From the NCBI GenBank assembly GCA_000934665.2, contig JYFJ02004452.1, positions 1-32,029 on the forward strand: a DNA stretch of 32,029 bases, read 5' to 3'. The notes under the pieces are model-generated. The model was not told the origin of the DNA and searched no databases. It was given only the letters and a program-made list of their open reading frames with translations. Made by a program: the position numbers and the translations under genes. Below, in pieces: positions 1 to 11,259 of this stretch (position 1 is the stretch's first letter; the number at the start of each line of letters is the position of its first letter). The stretch comes from Catajapyx aquilonaris. Its lineage: Eukaryota.

Positions 1-874
1 TGTCTTTACCTCGCCGTGTTTGCAAATTCAATTTTACATCTGTGACCAATACAGTATTCATAGCAATAAACCATTCCGCCTCACTGCATGGCTGCGAGTT
101 GTTTTCTTTTTAAATATTACTTCACAGCACATTTTCAAGTGTGAAATTCAGTTTCGATTCGAGCCCGAGGTTAACTGGCATAAAAAATTTCAGACACGAC
201 AAAAATGGGAACTACACTTTGAACTATGTTACAAAACCTGACCTAAATAAAGCAGTATATGTTATTAATTCAGCAATTTCACTACAACAGCTCTAATTAT
301 GCAGTAGGGGCAAGAGCCCTGCAGTGTTCTTGCCTGACACAAATTGTAAACAATGTAGTTGGCGGTATTACTACATACCATTATTAATCAGGAACCCCAA
401 AGTATTAAAGCAACAAGTGCAGTCCTCCTACTGTTTTACAATATCCTCCCCTTCAACTTTGCAGCTGTAGCCCTTCCACCCTGAAACTTTTCGACAAACT
501 TCTGTTGGATAATGCTGTACACGTGTCACAGTTTGCATTTCTCAAGCTAAACACACACAAAAAATTGTTCAGGTATAGATTCCTGTTGATTCAGCCGGGT
601 AGAATCAAGTAAAAATGAATGAAAAATTATCCATGTTTGACTGCATTGATTGGGAAAATATAATTATTTGAATTTCAGGTACACTCATAAACTAATGGCG
701 TACAGTTCTCCCACTCTTTTGTCTGACTCGTTTCCCCTGTTGTTTAAACAATGACAATGCGGTTTGTGACAGATGTCACAAACACATGCAGAAATAAATG
801 GCTGAGGTCATCTGAAATCCCCACAACTACTATTTAAAATCCCATTTATTTTAATGCAATTCTTCATTTGACTT

Positions 875-1226
875 GTTTTTGTTTTTTAAATTACCCCGTG
901 ATGCAACCCTAGGCCGCTTTGGGGGGGGGGTGGCAGACCACCATACAGTTTTCTAATTAATTTTTCTTCGGCCACCGGTGCAAGGAATACTATAGGAAAT
1001 AGGGTAAGGGTAGGGGGTTTGGGGAGGGGACACATGTGCAGGTGCATTGTCCAGCGGTGGGCCAGGTGCAGTCCCCCAGGAGGTCAGGTTGCCAAGACGC
1101 CTCCTTAGGCGCGGGTCACGACCCAATGACGCAAGCGAAAGGTTTGCTCCCGGGTGGGGATTTGAACCCGGGACCTTTCACATAGCAAGCTGAGACGTTA
1201 CCATCTCGGCCACCGTGCCTCCCCCC
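875..1226 (-). mobile_element. tRNA-derived SINE, family A, copy 1 (full length)
   Basis: Minus strand begins GGAGGCACGGTGGCCGAGATGGTAACG (Pol III A box) ... GGTTCAAATCC (B box) and ends ATCACGGGGTAA plus an A-rich tail. Flanked by the direct repeat TTTGACTT (867-874 and 1227-1234). Aligns along its length with 17497-17819. Confidence 0.9.
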
Positions 1227-4200
1227 TTTGACTTCATTTCTAATCATGACAATTTTTTTTCTTAAGCTCAAATTTTTTAATTATTCGCACAGTATTATAA
1301 CAATATAAAATTCTGGTAAAAATCCTGGCCCACGCTGTTACACGAGCAAAATGCAAATTTGTGCTACCTTAAAATTCACAAATATGGAAATCCAGTGTCC
1401 TCTATAAGTGAGCAGATTGCTCATTTATAACGCTAAAATAACACAAAACGCGTAACGGTATTATTTTAAAAAGTAACTTTCATTATTCTTAGCCAACTGA
1501 TGAAGAGAGCGTTATTATCTTATTCATCCATAATTATCTCTTTCAGCATTGACGACCTGACGCATGACGACGAAGATTTCGGCGAGTGCCTCTTCCCTGA
1601 TATCTCATGATTCATAATGATAGACTGAGGAAAATTACAAAAAATTCATTGCAGCCAGTTTGCAGCAATGAATATGCCTAATATACTATCATAATTTTTG
1701 GCCTATTAAAGGATCTGTTTAAAAATAGTCATTTCTTACATTTTTACGATTTTCAGGTTTTGACAAGCTGAACGGAATAAAATTAATTGAAATTTTTGCG
1801 TACGGTAATATTGAGAAACTCCTAGTCATACCATTCCTGTAGCATGTTTCCATTATTAAAATAAAGTACAAAATTAGCGTACATTCATTCATTCCGTCCG
1901 TTGCAGTACCCATTTTTTCCTTTCATTATTATTCAACACAGGTAATATCCTATTTATTATGTGCAGTGGGGAGGAAAACGATGGGGACGCCTGGCCTACT
2001 AATGACAGCAGTCCCATCTTTTTGCTCGCATCTGTACAATATAGGCCTACATGTAAGCCTATATCTGCATGTTTATATATATTATTTAATACGCGGTCAG
2101 TGCCAGTAATGTTTGGTTGTAGATTTCAATTGTCTGGCCCAATATTGTTCTTGATCATTTTTAAAACATAATTTTAATTTGGCTAATTACTACACACTGC
2201 AATATACCCCTTTATATGATTGTCCACAAAACATCCTGAACAGATATTATTTGTAATTATTATTATAATAAATTAGGATCCCACAACAATAACACTGAAA
2301 GCAAATTAATCAATACCTGTAATTGAATACAATATTATAGCATCACAAATAAATCAGCCAAATCCGTCACAGTAACATTACACAATCATCGAACTCAATG
2401 CGGGCACGACAGGACAGCGTGACAAATAACTGAATTAATTTTAGTGATTGCCCTCATCCAAATCCCCTACACTTTGATTGTTATTGTTGTTACTTTTTAC
2501 TTCCAAATCTTACCCCCCCACAAATTACTGCCAGCTCTGGTCGAAATCGTCAATGTCAATATTTTGCGTGGCAAGCTGATAATCGGGAGAAACCGCGCTG
2601 ACAGTCATGACGGTTCAGCATCCGATGACAAAAGGAACCCGTCACACTCGGGTCGTTTCCCCAAATTATCGGCCCAAGGCATCGAAAAACCTCCCTTGTG
2701 GCCGAAGATTGCTTTGAGGTTGGGGCCACGCACCAATGTAAAAGGCCTGTCATGCGGAAAATGCGCGATGATTGGGGCTCACTAAAGGTTACTCAGCGGG
2801 AACCAACCAACAAATGATCATATCAGGCGGGAGATTTCAAAGCTACAACCCTTACAGATAACCCTGAACTTTGCTGAAAAAAGAAAAAAGTCTGATTAAC
2901 GAAATGATACACTTTGGCACTTTTCTACACGACCTGGCAGCCAAATTGGACGCGAAAAATATACAGAGTCGGCAGAAAATTAGTCTTGCAAATTTTTTCG
3001 CCCCACACCCCCTTCCCAAACCACCACCTCTCGAAAGGCTTGTTCGACTGGAGCACTTTGCAAATTTACCCTAGAAAAAAAAAAGTTTGCAAAACTAAAA
3101 GTCTCAACACCCTGCCTCTCGGCGCCTATAGCATACCCTGGAAAAGCCCTCGGTAATTTTGCATAAACACAACAGGCGTTGACGTGCGGATTTTTCCGCG
3201 CCAAAAGTGCCCCGGTTAATGGACGATTCGCGACCAAGGGGGGATTCGCTAAAAAATTTAAACACTCCGTGAGTCCGTGGTTCATTTTTATCTTTATTTA
3301 TTGAAAAATAAATCCATGTGCCCATTTGTCAAGAGGTGAACCGTGTGAAATTCGCTTTCACTGCTCAACGGTACGTGAACGTGGGCTGCTCATCACAATA
3401 AATTAACTGCTCACAATGCGACCTTTAATCCAAAAATGCCTATCTCGCTCGTTTCACCAGCTCATGGTGACCCACATGTACAGCACACTGAATACCCGAC
3501 AACTGCACCGAGTGTTCCAAAAGTAACGCGACATTGGAACTGATATTTGTTACCTAGTCGATGCATGTGGGTCATGTCCAACGTGTACGTTTTTTCCTCG
3601 AAATCTGACGTGCAACAGCCATGTTTTGCTTTAATAAATATTTAATAATTGAAATCACAGATTTGGGACAATTACTGTGCGATAATTACTTAATCAGACA
3701 AGCAAAACATTCCAGCAACTAGCCGCTGACTTCCATAATACCCTGCATACACGGCTGTCGCGGCTAACTACCACCTGACTAACTACACTCGGTACGGCTA
3801 TACCAACATGGTAGACCATCACACGCAGACCGCTTTTTCACTTGGATGGTGTGAAGTGAAACATAATGGCATGAATGTGTACTAAGGCTTGTTGCACTCG
3901 TAAATAATTGCCCTTCATGAAAAACATATGGCCTGCAAAAGGGAGCGCAATGTGTTTGAATCTGACACGCATTTGTCAACGCAGGTTAGTCGTGTCTCAA
4001 GGATGTAGAGAGGCATAGTTGTAGGCAGAACATTACACCACAAGACCATCATTATCCGTATTCTGAGAGACTGAGCACGCCTTCACTTGGTTTGACTATA
4101 GTCTCGAGCGAATACGAAAGAACCCTTGCTTACATCATGCATGCTACCAGACATTATAGTAGCATGGTCCATGCAAACAAAATAATGAGAACCTAATTCA

Positions 4201-4849
4201 ATCCTTGCTGCTTTTGTCTATGTGGACACCCGGCACAGTCTGTCAGCAATTACAGAAACCGCAGGCCCAGCGTCACTCTTGTTGATATGTGCCTCTGAGG
4301 TTTACACATTGACACAGGCGAAAAAATTGTTTCTTTTGCAGAGCACAGCATAAACTATATGGTCGTTGGTCATTGTTACATGAATGTTGACTGTAGTTTA
4401 AAAATGCAAGGTGTATAGTTAGCAGCACATTATACCATGTACTGACTTTTTTTAGAGGAAAATGCTCGCTTTTATTATATGTGGCATCAGTGGAGGCTGT
4501 CGAGTCCCCTCTCACAACAGGGTGTTTAATAATGAATAATAAACATTTCCAGGCGCAAGTCACAGTGGAAGGACAGCAGCGGGTCTGGACTCGCACCAAA
4601 GTGCGGTTCTTTTCAACAATTTACCACATTAATAAATCAAAGCTTTCCACGGCCACACATCAAGAGCGCTCTGCTCAATATTAATTAAAAACGTTCATAA
4701 CAAAGCCAAATGCTAACTACTCTGCCCATATAATTATGCCTTTGAATGTTAACAACCAGCGTCGGACACTTTGTGCATTAAATTGCGCATAGCACTTTGC
4801 AGATATGTGCATGTCAAACGAGACCAGTTTTGGCCAGGAATGTTAGGGT

Positions 4850-5530
4850 AGCATCGACACCAGAGGGCAGGCATGGCGTCAGGGTAGGTAGATTTGGTGA
4901 GCAAGTAAATGGTACAAGTAGGCGTTGTTGTCCCCAAAGGCCCTGTAAGATGATTACCAATTCTGCGCCCAATATAGGATGAAAACAGCAGAGTAGCTGC
5001 CGGCAATAAGGTGCAGCTGTCGGCGGGCAAACTCAGTCGGATGGATCCTCCCAACTCACTAGGGGAATACTCCCGGAGAACATTTCACCAGGATGAAATC
5101 AGCAAAATCGGCGAAAGCTCCCCACCATATCATTAATCTTTGTCTCGTGTGCGCTGGCCTAATTGAAAGCTCCATTATCCTTGCGAGAATATAGAACTAT
5201 TAAAGATTCATAAGAGGAAACTTTTCGGCGCCATTGTAGCCCCCCGCCTACTATCTCTGACCTTGTTAATTACGAACCAAGGAGTAATAGGAGTGCAAAT
5301 AACTTTTGGAGGGGCTTCCTTGGCACAAGTCTTGGCAGCAGGCTATACGGCTTCTACTGGATCAATGGGGTTGAGCAGGGCGGAAGCGTGTCATTAAGTC
5401 TGCGAAACACCCTTTTCCTGTACAGTAGTATGTCTCCCAAACACTTCAAACTAGAACCACTAGGCCTACCTTTAAAGCAGCTATGGCAACGTAAAGTGTG
5501 GAAGGAGGCGGAGGATGTAACCAAATAATA
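4850..5530 (+). mobile_element. Highly degenerate non-LTR retrotransposon RT remnant (L1/Tx1-like)
   Basis: Broken frames give motifs in RT order: STPEGRHG (~KSPGPDG), VVPKG..LRPI (~LIPK..NWRPI), LIESSIILAR (~IQDNIILA), KRKLFGAIVA..SDLVN (~AFDxV), NGVEQGG (~GVRQG), EAEDV (~YADD). Many stops and frameshifts. May extend over ~3400-6660. Confidence 0.4.
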
Positions 5531-6829
5531 TTCTCTGCCAGGACACATTGCAATCAAGCGAAAGCCTATTTTTGGCTCGGGTTCATCGGAACAAAACCGT
5601 ATTCAGACTAGGCAGGCTGGCAATTAATTAGACGACAATTGTTTCCGCGTCAACGTTCCTCACAAGGAAGTTTCCTTCATTGGTAAATCCAAGGGAGACA
5701 CAAGTCTTCAATTCAAACCCACTCTATGCACACCAGCACCTTCTGTGTCTACAATAGTTTGCTTCCAAACACTATATAATTTGCTCGCAACCTGAAATGC
5801 AGCAGCTACTATTCTTACACATACAATACGACTTTTCGCTCCAAGTCGTCTCAGTGTACTCTAATGTGGCTTCTTTCACTCCCTGGAGCACTCACCTGTT
5901 ATGCTACTTATATGTCATGTTCATTAACATGAAAGAGTTTTCAGAGCTGCAGCTAAATTTCAGACGCACAAAGGCGAGCCAGACGCTCAACAACAAAGTC
6001 TAAAACAACATTATACAGAAGAAAGTTCCTGCTGGATAAAACTACTTTGATAAACACCTGTGCAACAAATCATTATAGCCTGTTCTGCTCATACTGTATA
6101 TCTGCAGAAAACCTACCATGGCACGCACCGCACCCGGTTATGATTCTATACGACAAATCCCAACACTCATAAATACCTCACGATACTATCAGAAATAAGC
6201 TACATCATATTTCACTGCACTCTAAGGTATCATAACCGGAATCCATTCATAAGTCATCGAAAGCTCTTTTTGCGCCCGAATTAAGACATGCTCACACGCA
6301 ACTCTTTAAACCAACCCTTAACTAATCACGTTAATTCCTCCACAGAAAAAAACCCCGCATGTCACCAAACAAACCGGGTCACACACTCGTATTTACGGGC
6401 ATACCTCTGCAGTATCTAATAAGATAGAGCAATGGAATGCACAAGCTCTGCAGCCATGCAATTATTTGACTTGACTACCCTAGTCGGTATGCTCCAAATA
6501 CCGGGCACGTCAGGTACGAAACATGAAGTGGCATGACCCCCTGCAATTACACCGAATGAAGTCGTACCAAGAATACCTGCAGCTTGTTTACGCAGGCCCA
6601 GTTGTGCAATGGCAATCCCAGAGAGCAACGTCCTCTCCATGCATGAGGTGCAAAAATAATTCTAAATATTCCTCTTCTCTTCTCTAGGCACCTCATCCAT
6701 TTAGCACGGCAACTTACCTACCACCCCCCCCCCTCAAAAAAAATTATTTCTGGTCCCCCCTTTTCGTGCCCTCGATCGCTTCCGCTTTACTCCTTTTCAA
6801 TAAGGCTTGAGCTGCGTGATCCTCACAAA

Positions 6830-7035
6830 CGGCACGCATTCCTTACATGAACTTGCGCCCAGACCATTTTCCCCTGGTCTGGTACAAAAAAGAAAGTGCC
6901 ATCCAGTTGGCCTAATTCGAGTCCAGCTAGAGCTGGGGTATTCCGAAGTGGGGATTGTCTCTCCTCCTTCTCATCCCATGCTGGAGACCGTGAGCTTCAT
7001 ACCAAGTTGCCCCTCCCCGCCTGCAAACTCTGGGC
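6830..7035 (-). mobile_element. Degenerate R2/NeSL-like LINE C-terminal remnant (zinc knuckle plus restriction-like endonuclease)
   Basis: Minus strand reads VCRRGGATWYEAHGLQHGMRRRRDN (~CRxxC..ETxxHILQxC..RxxRHN). After a frameshift it reads FVPDQGKMVWAQVHVR (~KPD...VxDVxV). Confidence 0.35.
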
Positions 7036-7672
7036 CGCCACTAACTCTCTCGTCGTTATTAATTGAACCCGGCCTCCTCTACCTTGGTATTCGGGAACGG
7101 CTGCAAGTGGAGGCCTTCCCACTCGACTTGGAATTGCTTTGCGGTCTAGGATAGAGCCGGGAATACGGAACCCAACTATACTGACGGAGGCTCAAACACT
7201 ACTATAGAAATGGACTTACAAAGAATCTATCGAGTGTTTTGTGGTATTGAATTGGGGCTAAATAGTTCAATTTATGAGTATTTTGTTGGGCTCCGGAGTT
7301 CCCTCTTCTGCATGCAAATATGTACAGGGTGTAGTCCTAGATTATATGTCTGTGTGTCCAGGCATATAAGACAAACATTGTAGAAGGAGGTGGGGTACGT
7401 TGCTGTGTTGTTCTGGTTATCTGGAAGTGTTTGGGTTGAAGCTTCAACGGATCATACTTATGTCAGTATAAGCAAAAGGACGTCCAGTCAAGAACTGGTG
7501 GCACTTGCTGCCTTATCTTAATACCACCTGCCTACTCCGAATCAAGTGGGACAGAAGGCGACATTGGTCCGTGATGCACATGATAAACAGACAAAACTAA
7601 AGACTACGCTTTCTATCGGCAGACCCCGTAGCATGGTCATAGAATACTCAGGTCTGATACTCCCACCTACCC

Positions 7673-7876
7673 CCTGCCGGGGCGTTTTGCAGGAGGTGCT
7701 CACCTGAGCGCCATGAGACCGTTCAGTGCACTGCTATGTGGCGACCCTACCGGACTACGCTGAACTTTATAGGTACAAAAGGGAAGCGCTATATGCGGGC
7801 CAAACATGGCCGCCGGCGACCATGTTGGGTCTGCATGTAGCATGTAGCGCTACCTCCTGCAAAACGCCCCGGCAGG
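7673..7876. mobile_element. MITE-like foldback element with perfect 25-bp terminal inverted repeats
   Basis: CCTGCCGGGGCGTTTTGCAGGAGGT (7673-7697) and its exact reverse complement (7852-7876). An imperfect internal hairpin lies at ~7786-7851. No clear TSD. Confidence 0.75.
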
Positions 7877-7916
7877 CGATAAGATAAGAACGTAGAGGTA
7901 GTGTCCGGGGGCTGCC

Positions 7917-8388
7917 CCGTACTTTTACCTACTCTCCTATACAAAAAAATAACTACTTTGGGCGATATCAGTTATTTAAAAATGACCCACAAACGTGGAA
8001 CACCCAGTATGTATAGGGCACTTCATTTGATTAAAATACAGGGTCATCGAAAAAAATGTCCCATTTTAAAAACCCTATAACTCGAAAACTTGCAGACATA
8101 TCTGAATGATTTAAGTTTTGAAATACTAAGGAATGTCTAACGTTTTGGTTTCAGCTTAGTTTGTTTCGATTTGTGCTTCATTTGTCGCTTGGCAGATAAA
8201 AAAGGAGGTATATGGTCTCGAGCCAAACCCACTCAATGACATTTGGAGTCATCGTTGAAAAATCCAATAATAGCCACTAAATGCTATAGGCGTGTATCCA
8301 CCGGAAAGGAAGGTTAGGTCATGTGGTAGGTTGATGCAGCGTGCCCCTACCCCTGCCACATTCGGCCTCCCATTACGAAAGTCCTTCC
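7917..8388 (+). repeat. Dispersed repeat C, copy 1, split by an insertion (parts 7917-7939 and 8286-8388)
   Basis: CCGTACTTTTACCTACTCTCCTA and ATAGGCGTGTATCC...CCCATTACGAAAGTCCTTCC both match the reverse complement of 21905-22042, where they are nearly contiguous. Confidence 0.8.
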
Positions 8389-8703
8389 AAACAAACAAAA
8401 AAGCCATCGCGACATTTTCTTAACACATAAGACAAACAACAAAAATAATTGTAGAAATTATAGTAAATTATCAAAAACAAATTCAGGAAATCTCAACAAC
8501 TGCTAGTTAAGCATCGCTAGCTTGCCACGCACTATTGGCTGTAATGCACATAATTTCCAATATCCCATACTTCATATGGCAACTCCGCCGGCTGGTTTGT
8601 GGAGAGCTTGATCATTTCGTTTTATATCTCGTTTGATTCATTAATTTTATGTGATTGCCATTTAGTGCTGACCGGACTAGACCATCTAGTGATTATGATT
8701 GTA

Positions 8704-8915
8704 CACTCTAAAAAAATACTAGTCGAAATTGACCAAAAACATGTCAAAAATGACAAATTTGAAAAGTGAACATTGCCCCGTCATTTTGTCATTTTGACCA
8801 AAGGCTATATTGTTTACCTTATTTGACAACCATTTTAGCCATATGTGACTGATACGATTCTAGTAGTATTTACTCGACCAATAATCATAGATTCATAGTC
8901 ACATTGACTAACACT
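8704..8915 (+). mobile_element. EnSpm/CACTA-like non-autonomous DNA transposon end fragment
   Basis: Starts CACTCTAAAAAAA, a terminus style known from animal EnSpm-type elements. It is followed by many short TTGAC/GTCA subterminal motifs in both orientations. The second end was not found. Confidence 0.45.
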
Positions 8916-8991
8916 TGGGTTACAACCGGTCTCTCTATACTGCCACCACTACCTATTCCCGATTTTTCATTTTCCTATAACTTCGGACTTT

Positions 8992-9185
8992 ACCGAAACA
9001 GGTTGGTGTAGTGGATATGGAGTCCGCCTGCTAATCGGGAGGTCCTGGGTTCGAATCCCGGGGCTGGCGACCCTGACCGTGGTTTTCCACGGTCCTCCCA
9101 GGATAATTCCGGGGTCGTTTCCGTAAAAACAGGCCACAGCCGCTTCCTTCCGTCCCTATCCTATCCTAAAAAGCAAATAAAAATG
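8992..9185 (+). mobile_element. tRNA-derived SINE, family B
   Basis: A box TGGTGTAGTGG (9004-9014), anticodon-like loop CTGCTAA and B box GGTTCGAATCC (9048-9058). The body GGTTTTCCACGG...AGGCCACAGCCGCTTCCTTCC resembles central domains of insect SINEs. Ends in (CTATC)2 and an A-rich run. Confidence 0.85.
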
Positions 9186-9299
9186 AAAGCAAAGAGTTCT
9201 GTCAAAACAAAAATTTCCCCCCTAAAGAGCCGCCGGCTGATAACGGGGTATGAATGATTATTATAACTTCGTACTTTGTCAGACGTGACTCGAACCTAT

Positions 9300-9700
9300 A
9301 GAAAGCCCCTGTTTGTTTTATACCATATACCACCTCCTTAGGCACAGTGCAATTACTGTAAGTACCATGGATAGGCCTATTAATTCTCAGGATCGTTATT
9401 ACATCTATTAGTTGCAGCAAAGTGCGTTCAAAAGTGCGTAATTTCCTGATCTCACTCTTGTCCAAACATTGGACCACCACGTCTCGAAGAAGCCAGCAAA
9501 AAAAAATGCCATGTCTCAGAAGCGACAGCAGCGGAAATTAAACCCTAGACTTAAGGAACGGATTGTTTTCTTTAATAAATGAAGACTAATGAACCAGCTC
9601 ATAAATCGCCAGGAATCCTCTTCGGCCAAACTTTTAATCTTTCGGAATTTAATATCAAGGTAGGAAATGAAACTCTGACTTCCCCCCCCCCCCCTCTCTC
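9300..9700 (-). mobile_element. Degenerate RTE-like LINE ORF2 C-terminal remnant
   Basis: Minus-strand motifs in RTE order: FISYLDI (~FxYLG, ~9660), ASETW (9509-9523, ~YASETW), KLRTFERTLLQLI (~9412-9444, ~LxxFExxxLRxI), VPKEVVYG (~9322-9345, ~RLPKxxLYG). Confidence 0.55.
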
Positions 9701-10649
9701 TCTCTTTAGCAAGTAATTCCATTGACTCTATATACGCAGGGATGGCAAGTGCGTACAAAGAGTATCCCCTCCCCAACAGCACACCACTCTTTTCATAAAG
9801 TGCGTAAGGGAGTCTTCCCCCACACCGTTAGGCAGCAAGCAAATCGTCGAGCCGAGGCCGAGGAGATAAATGATGGAGCGATCAAAATGCATGAACCCGT
9901 GCTGCCTTGTATGGCCCAGAGACGATACTCCACAATCCACTTCCTGAATCCGGAGCCCCCCCCTTTCCTCCGGAGGGGGAATCCCGGAAGATTATGAACG
10001 CTAATGCACTGACTCACTCTCAAGAAAAATATTAGTTTAGGAACGCGTCTTCACGCCCCATAGACGTCCATTGGGATGGAACAGAAAGCTATTCGGTCCG
10101 CTCACATTGCCGTTTTCATAATCCCAAATCCCCTCTTTCCATGATATTTGCTACTTGGTCTGCGAAATCCGGGGAGCTCCTTTTCAAAAGCTCCAATGAG
10201 CTCCGGCCTCGTGCTGATGTACATGTCTTCTATTCAGAGCTAAAAAAAATTATAATAAAAAAAACTGGGGGAGGGTGGAATTTTCTTGTTAATATTTTCT
10301 GGGCACGTCCCTAGGGTACTTGCTAAGCAAGCGAGTGCGGGAAATGGCTCAGAATGGGATCACGGAAGCTATTTCGGATAGCTAATGCCATGGTTGGCAA
10401 AATTGGGCATAAAGACGAAAAACTGATACTGAGTTCGAAGAGAGGGCGTGGATTTAATTGAAAAAAATAATAATACCCCCCCCCCCCAAAAAAAAATAGA
10501 TGGAATTCCATTTGTTTCAATTTGAACTCTCGGTTGGAGATAGCATATCGCTAAACACATTTTTATAGCCGGCCATTAGTAGCGATGTTGAACTGGGAGG
10601 GTCGGTCAACAAGCACGCGATGGACCCGTGGAGTACCCGTGTATGCAGG

Positions 10650-10970
10650 TATCGCATTCCCCCATGGGGCTCAAGAAATTATTGTAATTCCATCCGATTC
10701 GGGGGGCTTCAACAGTTCAACATACGACTGGAATTATCCAGCAGGAATGAAGAGGAAATATGGTCCGCGCTCAAATTCTCGGAATTGTTTATCAGATGGA
10801 CGGCACGCAAGTGTTATTGTTCAAGCGGCCATTGATAGTAGGGAAATGTAATAGCCCACTCTCTCACAGCAATCGCACCTTTTCACACCTGACCACCCAA
10901 ATCCTAGAATGTTGGACAGGGTGAGCCAGTAGAAAGAATTACCTGAAACTCCGATTAGGGTGTGCCGATA
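10650..10970 (-). mobile_element. Possible degenerate CR1/Jockey-type RT remnant
   Basis: Minus-strand fragments in RT order: IGVSGNSFYWL (~GIxGxxLxW), GPYFL (~LGPxLF), SDGITI (~ADDxxI). All are weak and in broken frames. Confidence 0.25.
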
Positions 10971-11259
10971 ATATTCTGTGGTTTCATTGTGGGGTTCAAT
11001 AAAACAATAATGACTCATTGTATGTGAATGTCAGCTTCCTGTTCATGGGCGTGTTACAATCAAAGATCGAAAATTTTAAACTTCCGTTCTAAGTGGAGGT
11101 AATCGGTGCTGTCATTGTCTGTCTTTTGTTACCAGGCAGGTCCCACCCACAGCCTTATCTGAATTCGGCCCATTCCGGATCACCCATCACGATAACTGAG
11201 TGCGATATGGAGCTTGAGAACACTTGAAGTTCTGACAGTACCTTGGAAATTATTAATTA

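Noticed and set aside
1145..1222. Functional tRNA on the minus strand
   Set aside because: Poor acceptor and anticodon stems; it is the head of a TSD-flanked SINE.
7200..7600. Additional LINE endonuclease relic
   Set aside because: Only one or two weak fragments (HTYVS); insufficient support.
8997..9070. Functional tRNA-Ser(GCT)
   Set aside because: No long variable arm and no good acceptor stem, and it runs straight into a SINE body.
10585..10851. 88-aa plus-strand ORF as an exon or gene
   Set aside because: No recognisable homology or clear splice context; weak RT-like fragments lie on the opposite strand.
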